A DNA stretch of 32,000 nucleotides from Corynebacterium glutamicum ATCC 13032 (GCF_000011325.1 NC_003450.3:1650001-1682000), one strand, 5' to 3'; shown: positions 16,673-26,704, numbered from the stretch's first letter. Notes: a model not told the origin generated them from the sequence alone. Translations and numbers: made by a program.

Positions 16673-17755
16673 ATGTCTCACATTGATGATCTTGCACAGC
16701 TCGGCACTTCCACTTGGCTCGACGACCTCTCCCGCGAGCGCATTACTTCCGGCAATCTCAGCCAGGTTATTGAGGAAAAGTCTGTAGTCGGTGTCACCAC
16801 CAACCCAGCTATTTTCGCAGCAGCAATGTCCAAGGGCGATTCCTACGACGCTCAGATCGCAGAGCTCAAGGCCGCTGGCGCATCTGTTGACCAGGCTGTT
16901 TACGCCATGAGCATCGACGACGTTCGCAATGCTTGTGATCTGTTCACCGGCATCTTCGAGTCCTCCAACGGCTACGACGGCCGCGTGTCCATCGAGGTTG
17001 ACCCACGTATCTCTGCTGACCGCGACGCAACCCTGGCTCAGGCCAAGGAGCTGTGGGCAAAGGTTGATCGTCCAAACGTCATGATCAAGATCCCTGCAAC
17101 CCCAGGTTCTTTGCCAGCAATCACCGACGCTTTGGCTGAGGGCATCAGCGTTAACGTCACCTTGATCTTCTCCGTTGCTCGCTACCGCGAGGTCATCGCT
17201 GCGTTCATCGAGGGCATCAAGCAGGCTGCTGCAAACGGCCACGACGTCTCCAAGATCCACTCTGTGGCTTCCTTCTTCGTCTCCCGCGTCGACGTTGAGA
17301 TCGACAAGCGCCTCGAGGCAATCGGATCCGATGAGGCTTTGGCTCTGCGCGGCAAGGCAGGCGTTGCCAACGCTCAGCGCGCTTACGCTGTGTACAAGGA
17401 GCTTTTCGACGCCGCCGAGCTGCCTGAAGGTGCCAACACTCAGCGCCCACTGTGGGCATCCACCGGCGTGAAGAACCCTGCGTACGCTGCAACTCTTTAC
17501 GTTTCCGAGCTGGCTGGTCCAAACACCGTCAACACCATGCCAGAAGGCACCATCGACGCGGTTCTGGAGCAGGGCAACCTGCACGGTGACACCCTGTCCA
17601 ACTCCGCGGCAGAAGCTGACGCTGTGTTCTCCCAGCTTGAGGCTCTGGGCGTTGACTTGGCAGATGTCTTCCAGGTCCTGGAGACCGAGGGTGTGGACAA
17701 GTTCGTTGCTTCTTGGAGCGAACTGCTTGAGTCCATGGAAGCTCGCCTGAAGTAG
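16673..17755 (+). CDS. tal: Transaldolase (long actinobacterial type)
   Basis: 360-aa ORF with the active-site Lys context VMIKIPAT and conserved TTNPAIF and FFVSRVD blocks. Confidence 0.95.
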   Translation: MSHIDDLAQLGTSTWLDDLSRERITSGNLSQVIEEKSVVGVTTNPAIFAAAMSKGDSYDAQIAELKAAGASVDQAVYAMSIDDVRNACDLFTGIFESSNGYDGRVSIEVDPRISADRDATLAQAKELWAKVDRPNVMIKIPATPGSLPAITDALAEGISVNVTLIFSVARYREVIAAFIEGIKQAAANGHDVSKIHSVASFFVSRVDVEIDKRLEAIGSDEALALRGKAGVANAQRAYAVYKELFDAAELPEGANTQRPLWASTGVKNPAYAATLYVSELAGPNTVNTMPEGTIDAVLEQGNLHGDTLSNSAAEADAVFSQLEALGVDLADVFQVLETEGVDKFVASWSELLESMEARLK

Positions 17756-17859
17756 AATCAGCACGCTGCATCAGTAACGGCGACATGAAATCGAATTAGT
17801 TCGATCTTATGTGGCCGTTACACATCTTTCATTAAAGAAAGGATCGTGACACTACCATC

Positions 17860-19404
17860 GTGAGCACAAACACGACCCCCTCCAGCTGGACAAACCCACT
17901 GCGCGACCCGCAGGATAAACGACTCCCCCGCATCGCTGGCCCTTCCGGCATGGTGATCTTCGGTGTCACTGGCGACTTGGCTCGAAAGAAGCTGCTCCCC
18001 GCCATTTATGATCTAGCAAACCGCGGATTGCTGCCCCCAGGATTCTCGTTGGTAGGTTACGGCCGCCGCGAATGGTCCAAAGAAGACTTTGAAAAATACG
18101 TACGCGATGCCGCAAGTGCTGGTGCTCGTACGGAATTCCGTGAAAATGTTTGGGAGCGCCTCGCCGAGGGTATGGAATTTGTTCGCGGCAACTTTGATGA
18201 TGATGCAGCTTTCGACAACCTCGCTGCAACACTCAAGCGCATCGACAAAACCCGCGGCACCGCCGGCAACTGGGCTTACTACCTGTCCATTCCACCAGAT
18301 TCCTTCACAGCGGTCTGCCACCAGCTGGAGCGTTCCGGCATGGCTGAATCCACCGAAGAAGCATGGCGCCGCGTGATCATCGAGAAGCCTTTCGGCCACA
18401 ACCTCGAATCCGCACACGAGCTCAACCAGCTGGTCAACGCAGTCTTCCCAGAATCTTCTGTGTTCCGCATCGACCACTATTTGGGCAAGGAAACAGTTCA
18501 AAACATCCTGGCTCTGCGTTTTGCTAACCAGCTGTTTGAGCCACTGTGGAACTCCAACTACGTTGACCACGTCCAGATCACCATGGCTGAAGATATTGGC
18601 TTGGGTGGACGTGCTGGTTACTACGACGGCATCGGCGCAGCCCGCGACGTCATCCAGAACCACCTGATCCAGCTCTTGGCTCTGGTTGCCATGGAAGAAC
18701 CAATTTCTTTCGTGCCAGCGCAGCTGCAGGCAGAAAAGATCAAGGTGCTCTCTGCGACAAAGCCGTGCTACCCATTGGATAAAACCTCCGCTCGTGGTCA
18801 GTACGCTGCCGGTTGGCAGGGCTCTGAGTTAGTCAAGGGACTTCGCGAAGAAGATGGCTTCAACCCTGAGTCCACCACTGAGACTTTTGCGGCTTGTACC
18901 TTAGAGATCACGTCTCGTCGCTGGGCTGGTGTGCCGTTCTACCTGCGCACCGGTAAGCGTCTTGGTCGCCGTGTTACTGAGATTGCCGTGGTGTTTAAAG
19001 ACGCACCACACCAGCCTTTCGACGGCGACATGACTGTATCCCTTGGCCAAAACGCCATCGTGATTCGCGTGCAGCCTGATGAAGGTGTGCTCATCCGCTT
19101 CGGTTCCAAGGTTCCAGGTTCTGCCATGGAAGTCCGTGACGTCAACATGGACTTCTCCTACTCAGAATCCTTCACTGAAGAATCACCTGAAGCATACGAG
19201 CGCCTCATTTTGGATGCGCTGTTAGATGAATCCAGCCTCTTCCCTACCAACGAGGAAGTGGAACTGAGCTGGAAGATTCTGGATCCAATTCTTGAAGCAT
19301 GGGATGCCGATGGAGAACCAGAGGATTACCCAGCGGGTACGTGGGGTCCAAAGAGCGCTGATGAAATGCTTTCCCGCAACGGTCACACCTGGCGCAGGCC
19401 ATAA
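17860..19404 (+). CDS. zwf: Glucose-6-phosphate 1-dehydrogenase
   Basis: 514-aa ORF with the NADP motif GVTGDLARKKL and the active-site block RIDHYLGKE. GTG start after AAAGGA. Confidence 0.97.
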   Translation: MSTNTTPSSWTNPLRDPQDKRLPRIAGPSGMVIFGVTGDLARKKLLPAIYDLANRGLLPPGFSLVGYGRREWSKEDFEKYVRDAASAGARTEFRENVWERLAEGMEFVRGNFDDDAAFDNLAATLKRIDKTRGTAGNWAYYLSIPPDSFTAVCHQLERSGMAESTEEAWRRVIIEKPFGHNLESAHELNQLVNAVFPESSVFRIDHYLGKETVQNILALRFANQLFEPLWNSNYVDHVQITMAEDIGLGGRAGYYDGIGAARDVIQNHLIQLLALVAMEEPISFVPAQLQAEKIKVLSATKPCYPLDKTSARGQYAAGWQGSELVKGLREEDGFNPESTTETFAACTLEITSRRWAGVPFYLRTGKRLGRRVTEIAVVFKDAPHQPFDGDMTVSLGQNAIVIRVQPDEGVLIRFGSKVPGSAMEVRDVNMDFSYSESFTEESPEAYERLILDALLDESSLFPTNEEVELSWKILDPILEAWDADGEPEDYPAGTWGPKSADEMLSRNGHTWRRP

Positions 19405-19418
19405 TTTAGGGGCAAAAA

Positions 19419-20378
19419 ATGATCTTTGAACTTCCGGATACCACCACCCAGCAAATTTCCAAGACCCTAACTCGACTGCGTGAATCGGGCACCCAGGTCA
19501 CCACCGGCCGAGTGCTCACCCTCATCGTGGTCACTGACTCCGAAAGCGATGTCGCTGCAGTTACCGAGTCCACCAATGAAGCCTCGCGCGAGCACCCATC
19601 TCGCGTGATCATTTTGGTGGTTGGCGATAAAACTGCAGAAAACAAAGTTGACGCAGAAGTCCGTATCGGTGGCGACGCTGGTGCTTCCGAGATGATCATC
19701 ATGCATCTCAACGGACCTGTCGCTGACAAGCTCCAGTATGTCGTCACACCACTGTTGCTTCCTGACACCCCCATCGTTGCTTGGTGGCCAGGTGAATCAC
19801 CAAAGAATCCTTCCCAGGACCCAATTGGACGCATCGCACAACGACGCATCACTGATGCTTTGTACGACCGTGATGACGCACTAGAAGATCGTGTTGAGAA
19901 CTATCACCCAGGTGATACCGACATGACGTGGGCGCGCCTTACCCAGTGGCGGGGACTTGTTGCCTCCTCATTGGATCACCCACCACACAGCGAAATCACT
20001 TCCGTGAGGCTGACCGGTGCAAGCGGCAGTACCTCGGTGGATTTGGCTGCAGGCTGGTTGGCGCGGAGGCTGAAAGTGCCTGTGATCCGCGAGGTGACAG
20101 ATGCTCCCACCGTGCCAACCGATGAGTTTGGTACTCCACTGCTGGCTATCCAGCGCCTGGAGATCGTTCGCACCACCGGCTCGATCATCATCACCATCTA
20201 TGACGCTCATACCCTTCAGGTAGAGATGCCGGAATCCGGCAATGCCCCATCGCTGGTGGCTATTGGTCGTCGAAGTGAGTCCGACTGCTTGTCTGAGGAG
20301 CTTCGCCACATGGATCCAGATTTGGGCTACCAGCACGCACTATCCGGCTTGTCCAGCGTCAAGCTGGAAACCGTCTAA
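19419..20378 (+). CDS. opcA: OpcA, G6PDH assembly/allosteric effector protein
   Basis: 319-aa ORF immediately downstream of zwf in the conserved actinobacterial zwf-opcA-pgl arrangement. Its sequence is typical of OpcA (TGRVLTLIVV, IVAWWPG). Confidence 0.9.
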   Translation: MIFELPDTTTQQISKTLTRLRESGTQVTTGRVLTLIVVTDSESDVAAVTESTNEASREHPSRVIILVVGDKTAENKVDAEVRIGGDAGASEMIIMHLNGPVADKLQYVVTPLLLPDTPIVAWWPGESPKNPSQDPIGRIAQRRITDALYDRDDALEDRVENYHPGDTDMTWARLTQWRGLVASSLDHPPHSEITSVRLTGASGSTSVDLAAGWLARRLKVPVIREVTDAPTVPTDEFGTPLLAIQRLEIVRTTGSIIITIYDAHTLQVEMPESGNAPSLVAIGRRSESDCLSEELRHMDPDLGYQHALSGLSSVKLETV

Positions 20379-20394
20379 GGAGAAATACAACACT

Positions 20395-21102
20395 ATGGTT
20401 GATGTAGTACGCGCACGCGATACTGAAGATTTGGTTGCACAGGCTGCCTCCAAATTCATTGAGGTTGTTGAAGCAGCAACTGCCAATAATGGCACCGCAC
20501 AGGTAGTGCTCACCGGTGGTGGCGCCGGCATCAAGTTGCTGGAAAAGCTCAGCGTTGATGCGGCTGACCTTGCCTGGGATCGCATTCATGTGTTCTTCGG
20601 CGATGAGCGCAATGTCCCTGTCAGTGATTCTGAGTCCAATGAGGGCCAGGCTCGTGAGGCACTGTTGTCCAAGGTTTCTATCCCTGAAGCCAACATTCAC
20701 GGATATGGTCTCGGCGACGTAGATCTTGCAGAGGCAGCCCGCGCTTACGAAGCTGTGTTGGATGAATTCGCACCAAACGGCTTTGATCTTCACCTGCTCG
20801 GCATGGGTGGCGAAGGCCATATCAACTCCCTGTTCCCTCACACCGATGCAGTCAAGGAATCCTCCGCAAAGGTCATCGCGGTGTTTGATTCCCCTAAGCC
20901 TCCTTCAGAGCGTGCAACTCTAACCCTTCCTGCGGTTCACTCCGCAAAGCGCGTGTGGTTGCTGGTTTCTGGTGCGGAGAAGGCTGAGGCAGCTGCGGCG
21001 ATCGTCAACGGTGAGCCTGCTGTTGAGTGGCCTGCTGCTGGAGCTACCGGATCTGAGGAAACGGTATTGTTCTTGGCTGATGATGCTGCAGGAAATCTCT
21101 AA
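20395..21102 (+). CDS. pgl: 6-phosphogluconolactonase
   Basis: 235-aa product from ATG 20395, with AAGGAG 12 nt upstream. It carries the DevB/Pgl motif LLGMGGEGHINSLFP. The ORF-track start at 20242 would overlap opcA and is rejected. Confidence 0.92.
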   Translation: MVDVVRARDTEDLVAQAASKFIEVVEAATANNGTAQVVLTGGGAGIKLLEKLSVDAADLAWDRIHVFFGDERNVPVSDSESNEGQAREALLSKVSIPEANIHGYGLGDVDLAEAARAYEAVLDEFAPNGFDLHLLGMGGEGHINSLFPHTDAVKESSAKVIAVFDSPKPPSERATLTLPAVHSAKRVWLLVSGAEKAEAAAAIVNGEPAVEWPAAGATGSEETVLFLADDAAGNL

Positions 21103-21111
21103 GCAGCGCCA

Positions 21112-21163
21112 GCTCTAACAAGAAGCTTTAACAAGAAGCTCTAACGAAAAGCACTAACAAACT
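21112..21163. repeat. Four degenerate tandem copies of a 13-bp unit directly after the pgl stop
   Basis: The units are GCTCTAACAAGAA / GCTTTAACAAGAA / GCTCTAACGAAAA / GCACTAACAAACT. Each contains TAA. Confidence 0.9.
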
Positions 21164-21164
21164 A

Positions 21165-21217
21165 ATCCGGGTGCGAACCTTCATCTGAATCGATGGAGGT
21201 TCGCACCCGGATTTTTG
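21165..21217 (+). terminator. Rho-independent terminator of the tkt-tal-zwf-opcA-pgl operon
   Basis: AATCCGGGTGCGAACCT (21165-21181) pairs with AGGTTCGCACCCGGATT (21198-21214), a perfect 17-bp stem running into TTTTT. Confidence 0.9.
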
Positions 21218-21269
21218 GCTCAGCGTTAGATTCTCACCCTAAAACCGCGCACTTAAAAAGGTTAGCTTT

Positions 21270-21602
21270 CTATACGTGCACCGCCTCTTTGATTGGTTCA
21301 TGCGAGGCGATCCGAAAGTCTTCGCTGTACAGCGGCGAGGTGTTTCCGACCGCTAGTTGTGCTGCGAGTTCGCCATAAGCTGGAGAGAGCTTGAAGGCGT
21401 GTCCGGATCCTCCGGTGAGCACAATGACATTGTCAACCGCGTCGATAATTGGAGATTTGTCTGCAGTGTAGGTGTCATAGTGGACGCTGAAACGGTTGGG
21501 CTCTGGGTTGACCCCGGGGAAGAGTTCGTGGGTTTTCCGACCAAATTCAGAGACTGCGTCCCGGTCGAGGCGGAGATCTTCATCTTCTACATGTGCGCTT
21601 AA
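21270..21602 (-). pseudogene. soxA: Sarcosine oxidase-like FAD oxidoreductase, C-terminal fragment (split by the IS)
   Basis: The frame encodes SAHVEDEDLRLDRD...LTGGSGHAFKLSPAYGE.... The first ~25 codons of the 135-aa track ORF (21603-21677) are IS sequence, not soxA. Confidence 0.9.
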
Positions 21603-23290
21603 CCTGGATCCACCGATGTGATTCAGGTGTAACGGCGTGGGAAAATAGGAAATGCCCTCCTGAACTGGAAGAATCAAGCTTGCTTAGAGTCCTGATTCAC
21701 CTGCCAGAAAGGCACCTCACAGGTGCAATTATTACACAACCCCACAGCGATGTCCGCATCCTTTGATGACCCCAACCTCATCTCGCTTGCTGGACTGGTT
21801 CCAACCATGCACTTAGCCGATGCTGCCAGCCTGTCCACCTTGGCCCAGGACCGGTTGAGCATCACCGGTGATAAAGGTGCCAATGCTGGTGCGAAGATCG
21901 CCTCCCTAGTCGCGGGCATGGTCGCCGGTGCTGATTCCATCGATGACATGGATGTACTCCGCCACGGAGGTATGCGCCGACTTTTCGACCGGATCTACGC
22001 CCCATCCACATTGGGGTCTTTTCTGCGGGCCTTCACTTTCGGCCACGTACGCCAACTCGATGCTGTGGCCTCCCGATTCCTGGTCAACCTGGCCAGGCAG
22101 GCACCACACCTGGTGCCACCACCACCGGCAGGCAGTGGCGGTAACGGGTATGTGTTCGTTGATGTTGATGACACCATCATTGAAGTCCACGGCCACACCA
22201 AACAAGGTGCCGGCTTTGGTTACTCCGGTATCCGTGGACTCAACGCCTTGCTGGCCACGGTCACCACCGCACAGTCCGCCCCCATCATTGTGGGCCAACG
22301 ATTGCGGAAAGGATCGTGTGGTTCCCCACGAGGGGCCCACCGCCTGATCGCCGATGCGATGACCACCACCAGGCGCCTGCCCGGGATGGAGGATAAGAAA
22401 ATCCTCGTCCGGGCAGATTCGGCGTATTATGGTCATCCCAGTGTCAGTGTGGCCCTAAGGTCCGGTGCGGATGTGTCCGTCACGGTGCGGATGACCCCGA
22501 ACGTCAAGAAAGCGATCGTCGCGATCCCGGAAGATGCGTGGCAGACGATTCAGTACACCGATGCGATCTTCGATGAGGCATCACAATCGTGGATCTCCTT
22601 AGCCCAGGTCGCCGAAGTGCCTTTCACCGCGTTTACCTCCCGGAAGAAGGCCGACCATGTTCCCGGACGCTTGGTGGTACGCCGGATTCCTGAGCTGAAT
22701 AAGAAGGATGTGTATCAGCCGGGCTTGTTTGATCTTCACCGCTTCCATGCGGTCTTCACCACCGCCGACCCAGGCGTGCTGGATACTGTTGCTGCGGATA
22801 AAACCCACCGTCAGCACGCGATCATTGAACAGGTCAACGCAGACTTGAAGGCAAGCGCGTTGGCGCATCTGCCGTCGGGGACGTTCACCGCCAACAGTGC
22901 CTGGCTCGTATGCGCGGTCATGGCGTTTAATCTCACCCGTGCCACCGGGGTTATCGCTGCAGGCGGGATGGCCAAGGCCACCACCGCGACGATCCGGCGG
23001 ACACTGATGGCCGTTCCAGCCCGGGTCGCCCGCAGGTCCCGCCGACTGGTGCTCCACCTTCCCGAGGGGTGGACGTGGCAACCACAGTGGCAGAAACTGT
23101 TTGATCACGGCCATTCACCACCGTAACCGGTAGCTCCCTGACCACCCAGCCGAGCTTTCGGCGTGAGATGACAACAATTCGTGGAACAACCAGAACAAGA
23201 CGTGATCTGGCGATCACCCCTACCCGAAAATTCCGGACCCGCCCGGAACCGGGATCAGGACATCACCGAGGGCACATCGGTGGATCGAGG
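21603..23290 (+). mobile_element. IS1380-family insertion sequence, 1688 bp (probably the element I recall annotated as ISCg13-type in ATCC 13032)
   Basis: The terminal inverted repeats are CCTGGATCCACCGATGTG (21603-21620) and the reverse complement of 23273-23290, CCTCGATCCACCGATGTG, matching at 17 of 18 positions. The element is flanked by the 5-bp direct repeat CTTAA (21598-21602 and 23291-23295). It contains a single transposase ORF. Confidence 0.92.
21723..23126 (+). CDS. IS1380-family DDE transposase
   Basis: 467-aa ORF with typical family blocks (PNLISLAGLVP, APSTLGSFLRAFTFGHVRQLD) and candidate DDE residues in VFVDVDDTIIEVHG, LVRADSAYYG and AIIEQVNADLK. The start may be ATG 21750 (MSASFDD...). 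Confidence 0.88.
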   Translation: MQLLHNPTAMSASFDDPNLISLAGLVPTMHLADAASLSTLAQDRLSITGDKGANAGAKIASLVAGMVAGADSIDDMDVLRHGGMRRLFDRIYAPSTLGSFLRAFTFGHVRQLDAVASRFLVNLARQAPHLVPPPPAGSGGNGYVFVDVDDTIIEVHGHTKQGAGFGYSGIRGLNALLATVTTAQSAPIIVGQRLRKGSCGSPRGAHRLIADAMTTTRRLPGMEDKKILVRADSAYYGHPSVSVALRSGADVSVTVRMTPNVKKAIVAIPEDAWQTIQYTDAIFDEASQSWISLAQVAEVPFTAFTSRKKADHVPGRLVVRRIPELNKKDVYQPGLFDLHRFHAVFTTADPGVLDTVAADKTHRQHAIIEQVNADLKASALAHLPSGTFTANSAWLVCAVMAFNLTRATGVIAAGGMAKATTATIRRTLMAVPARVARRSRRLVLHLPEGWTWQPQWQKLFDHGHSPP

Positions 23291-24105
23291 CTTAATGGAA
23301 CGCCCCACTCATCCAATCCGGCAATTTTGATGCTGTACCCATCGACGCATGGTGCTCCAAATACGTGGAAGCCATCACGGTCACGGATGAAGCATGGCAG
23401 GTTTTCCGGTTGGAAGTCCACTGGATTGTTGGGCAGGAACCAGGTGAGCACTAGGCGTCGCACTTCAAGCAGTGGCGCGATGGAGGGCACGAGCTCGCTT
23501 GTCCAGCTGCCGGTGGTGACGATAACGCGGTCCACGATTGTGGTTTCTTCGCCTGCTTGGATGACTACGTGATCGCCGTTGTCTTCGATGCTGGTGATTT
23601 TTTGGTGATCGCGTACTTGGGCACCATTTGCCTTGGCTGTTTCGATTGCACTGAACACTGCTAGTTCGGGGCGCAGGGCTCCACCTTGAAGATCAACAAT
23701 TCCAGCTTCATCATCGCGGAAGTCTAGACCTGGGTAACGCTTGCGCATCTGCGCGGCGGTAAGTCGTTCATGTGGCAGCTCATAACGTTCCACTGATTCC
23801 ACCAGGCGTTGGAAGGGTGCTTCGTCTTCCTTGCCGGTGCTTAAGACACCGAAGTTGTGGAAGAGTTCGCGTCCGGAAATCTCGCTCAGTGATGACCATA
23901 GTGCTCGTGCGCGTTTGAGCAACGGAACGTAGGTGCTGCCTTCGTGGTAGGCCATGCGAAACAGTCGGGACTCCCCTGTGAATGCGCCGTAGCCATGGGA
24001 GATGCCGAATTGTTCAAAGCCGATGGCCTCTACACCTGGGATGTTACTTAAGTGCCACAGTGCCATGGAGCCGGTTGATCCAAGGCCGATTACCGCAATT
24101 TTCAT
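23291..24105 (-). pseudogene. soxA: Sarcosine oxidase-like FAD oxidoreductase, N-terminal fragment (split by the IS)
   Basis: Starts MKIAVIGLGSTGSMALWHL (GxGxxG FAD fold) at ATG 24105, 15 nt after the ocd stop. The reading frame runs into the IS end, adds SLDPPMCPR and then stops. Confidence 0.9.
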
Positions 24106-24119
24106 TGTTGTTTCTTCTC

Positions 24120-25268
24120 TCAAGCCAGTGCGGGTGATTCCCACAGGTTCAATGTGGTGCCGACGCCTTTTTCCAGGGCGTTTTCATACACTTGGGTTGC
24201 CCAGGCGACGTCTTCTACTGGCATGCCGCCGACGGAATAGAGGATGATTTCCTCATCGTTGGTGCGTCCGGGTAGCTTGCCGGAGCAGATATCGCCAATC
24301 TGGGAAATCTTTGCAAGGTCGAGTTTTCCTTGCAGCGCCAGGTCGTACCAGTGGGTTCCTGGAATGCCGAGTAGTTGGTAGGCCTGTGGGCCGTATTCTT
24401 CTGCCCAGGCTTCGTAGAGCCCCATGTAGTCAACAACGAGGCGGGCGTCGTCAAGCAAATAAGCGTCGTCGAAGCGACCGGCGGCTGGAAGCAGCAGCAA
24501 TGCGCCCGGCTTGAGCCATTCTTTTTTGAAGTATGGGAAGGCGGAGGAGCCGGCGGCGTCCGTGGTGGTGGCGGCGATGACGATGTCGGCGTCTTTGACC
24601 ACGTCTTCTTCAGATCCGACGGCGACCACTTCGATCTCGGGGAATTTTTCCAACGCCCATGTTGCAAAGGCGTTGATGCCGCGTTCGCTGCGTCCCTTGA
24701 TCTTGATGGTGGTGATTCCTGGGCGCTCTGCGATGCACGCTTCGGTGATGGTTTTCGCCATGACACCAGGTCCGACGACAGCCAAGGTTGTCGCGTCGGC
24801 GACCGCTAAGTGCTTCACGCCCACGCCGGGAACCGCGCCGGTGCGGTAGGCGGACAGCAGGTTCGCGGACATGATGGCCTTCGGTGCACCGGTGACCGTG
24901 TCGTTGAGGACGAAGGTGTGGATCGAGCGAGGCAAGCCTGAGGCCTTGTTTTCCGCGTTGGATCCGTACCACTTCACGCCGGTGTTTTTGAATCGCCCGC
25001 CGAGGTATGCGGGCATCGCCATGAATCGGCGGTCGGGGCCGTCCTTGGGCATGCCTTCAAATTCTGGGTTTTCCGGGAAGGTGATCATCGCGCCATGCGA
25101 GTTGGAGTTCAAACCGGCCATTTTGTAGTCGCCCTGCGCCAAGAGCACGAGCGTTTCCTCCATGACATCGACGCATTGCGCGACGTCTTTGACTCCGGCC
25201 GCGATCATGTCCGGTTCGCTCAAGAACAAGAAATTGATGGCGGTTTCAGTGGTGTAGGTTGCGGTCAT
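24120..25268 (-). CDS. ocd: Ornithine cyclodeaminase / mu-crystallin family protein
   Basis: 382-aa ORF with an OCD/mu-crystallin-type Rossmann region (LAVVGPGVMAKT). Its ATG overlaps the amt stop (ATGA at 25265-25268). It is the middle gene of amt-ocd-soxA. Confidence 0.8.
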   Translation of the reverse strand: MTATYTTETAINFLFLSEPDMIAAGVKDVAQCVDVMEETLVLLAQGDYKMAGLNSNSHGAMITFPENPEFEGMPKDGPDRRFMAMPAYLGGRFKNTGVKWYGSNAENKASGLPRSIHTFVLNDTVTGAPKAIMSANLLSAYRTGAVPGVGVKHLAVADATTLAVVGPGVMAKTITEACIAERPGITTIKIKGRSERGINAFATWALEKFPEIEVVAVGSEEDVVKDADIVIAATTTDAAGSSAFPYFKKEWLKPGALLLLPAAGRFDDAYLLDDARLVVDYMGLYEAWAEEYGPQAYQLLGIPGTHWYDLALQGKLDLAKISQIGDICSGKLPGRTNDEEIILYSVGGMPVEDVAWATQVYENALEKGVGTTLNLWESPALA

Positions 25269-26623
25269 TTTGAGGCCTTTCGAGTATCAGCGATTTTTTG
25301 CTTATCGACGCCCACCTGCACGGCGTCGGGCACGGTTTCCTCGGGGATTTCAGGTCCGAAATTGGTGCGGGTTGCCATCCCAATTCCGTTGGAATTGAGG
25401 TGGTAGGCAGATTCTGCGTGTTCTGCGCGGTCAATGCCTTCATATTCGGCTTCGGAGGTGATGCGCAGAGTCATGAACTTGTTCAAGATCGTGGCAATCA
25501 ACCAGGTCACGCCGAATGCGTATGTAAGGGTCACGATGATGGCCAGTGGTTCCCTCCACAGCAGGGAGAGTTCGCCACCGAAGAAGACTCCGGAAACTCC
25601 CGCTGGTGCTAGTGGATCGCCAAAGAGCATGACAAACAGTGCACCTGCAATGCCGGCCATTCCGTGGACTGCGAACACATCGAAGGAATCATCGACTCGG
25701 TGTCCCTTCTTCCAGCTAATTGCCCAGAAGGAGACAACTGCGCCGAGCGCTCCGACGGCGAATGCTCCGAGCGGGCTCACTGCATCCGCGGCCGGGGTGA
25801 TAGCCACAAGGCCTGCGATTGTGCCGGTTGCCGAGCCAAAGAAAGTGGGTTTTCCGCTGAACACACGTTCAACGAGCATGAAGCCCATCATTCCGCCAGC
25901 TGCAGCAATGAGAGAGGTAACGACCACGTAGCTTGCGAGGAAGTTGGCACCACCTGCGGTACCACCATTGAATCCGAACCAGCCCGCAACGATCAGTCCT
26001 GCACCAATCAAAATCAGTGGAAGGTTGTGTGGACGCACAGCCATGGAGTGGCGGCGTCCCAGCACTATTGCCAGCGCGAGTCCAGACGCACCCGCATTCA
26101 TGTGCACTGCCGTTCCACCAGCAAAGTCGTGGAACTCAAGCACATTTTTCATCCAGCCACCCACGTAGCCGGACTCAGGATCATCGATAGCGAAAACCCA
26201 GTGTGCCAGTGGCGCGTACACAAAGGTGAACCACAGGACACCGAAGACCAGCCACGCTCCAAAGCGCATGCGCCCCGCTGCACCAGATGAAACAAGTGCG
26301 AGTGAGATTGCAGCGAACAGAATGTAGAAGCCGGCCCACATGAGGTCTCCGGTGCCGTCATCTTCCATAATGTTGCGGAAGCCGAAGTATTCAAGGGGAT
26401 TTCCGATAATTCCCCACCCACCGATGGAGTTTCCTAAGACAAGTCCGTGTCCATAAATGATGTACACAAGGCTGATGATTCCAAGTGAGCTCATAACCAT
26501 CATGAACGTGTTAAGAACGTGTTGCCCACCCAGCATGCCGCCGTAGAGCAGGGACAATCCGGGGAACATCAGGCTTACCAACGCAAAAGCTGCGAGAATC
26601 CAGGCTAGATCTGAGGGGTCCAT
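25265..26623 (-). CDS. amt: Ammonium transporter (Amt family)
   Basis: 452-aa ORF with about 11 TM helices and Amt signatures DFAGGTAVHMNAG and FAVHGMAGIAGAL. Confidence 0.95.
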   Translation of the reverse strand: MDPSDLAWILAAFALVSLMFPGLSLLYGGMLGGQHVLNTFMMVMSSLGIISLVYIIYGHGLVLGNSIGGWGIIGNPLEYFGFRNIMEDDGTGDLMWAGFYILFAAISLALVSSGAAGRMRFGAWLVFGVLWFTFVYAPLAHWVFAIDDPESGYVGGWMKNVLEFHDFAGGTAVHMNAGASGLALAIVLGRRHSMAVRPHNLPLILIGAGLIVAGWFGFNGGTAGGANFLASYVVVTSLIAAAGGMMGFMLVERVFSGKPTFFGSATGTIAGLVAITPAADAVSPLGAFAVGALGAVVSFWAISWKKGHRVDDSFDVFAVHGMAGIAGALFVMLFGDPLAPAGVSGVFFGGELSLLWREPLAIIVTLTYAFGVTWLIATILNKFMTLRITSEAEYEGIDRAEHAESAYHLNSNGIGMATRTNFGPEIPEETVPDAVQVGVDKQKIADTRKASK

Positions 26624-26668
26624 GTTAAAGGCCTTTCAGCTAAGTGATGCTGTCGAGCGGAGTATTTT

Positions 26669-26682
26669 CTATTCCGCTATAG
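26669..26682 (-). promoter_or_regulatory. AmtR box (proximal) in the amt promoter
   Basis: The minus strand reads ATCTATAGCGGAATAG, matching the published AmtR motif ATCTATAG-N4-ATAG (CTAT-N6-ATAG core). It lies about 50 bp upstream of the amt start. Confidence 0.8.
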
Positions 26683-26704
26683 ATAAACCTAGTCCAGTTT
26701 TTAC

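Noticed and set aside
20242-20394. 5' extension of the pgl ORF (the track gives 286 aa), overlapping the end of opcA.
   Set aside because: The extension has no similarity to lactonases. A good AAGGAG RBS precedes ATG 20395, and the 235-aa product begins with the conserved N-terminus.
21112-21163. Considered whether the 13-bp arrays (here and at 30283-30334) could be a CRISPR array.
   Set aside because: The units are directly adjacent with no spacers, are far shorter than CRISPR repeats, and no cas genes are present.
21603-21677. Apparent N-terminus (MILPVQEGISYFPTPLHLNHIGGSR) of the 135-aa ORF at 21270-21677.
   Set aside because: This stretch is the left end of the IS read on the opposite strand. 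The genuine soxA sequence resumes at the target-site duplication, so this is not an independent gene start.
23168-23572. 134-aa plus-strand ORF spanning the right IS end and the soxA N-terminal fragment. Also the 88-aa ORF at 22951-23217.
   Set aside because: These frames cross the IS boundary or run antisense to soxA or the transposase. They have no motifs and no RBS.
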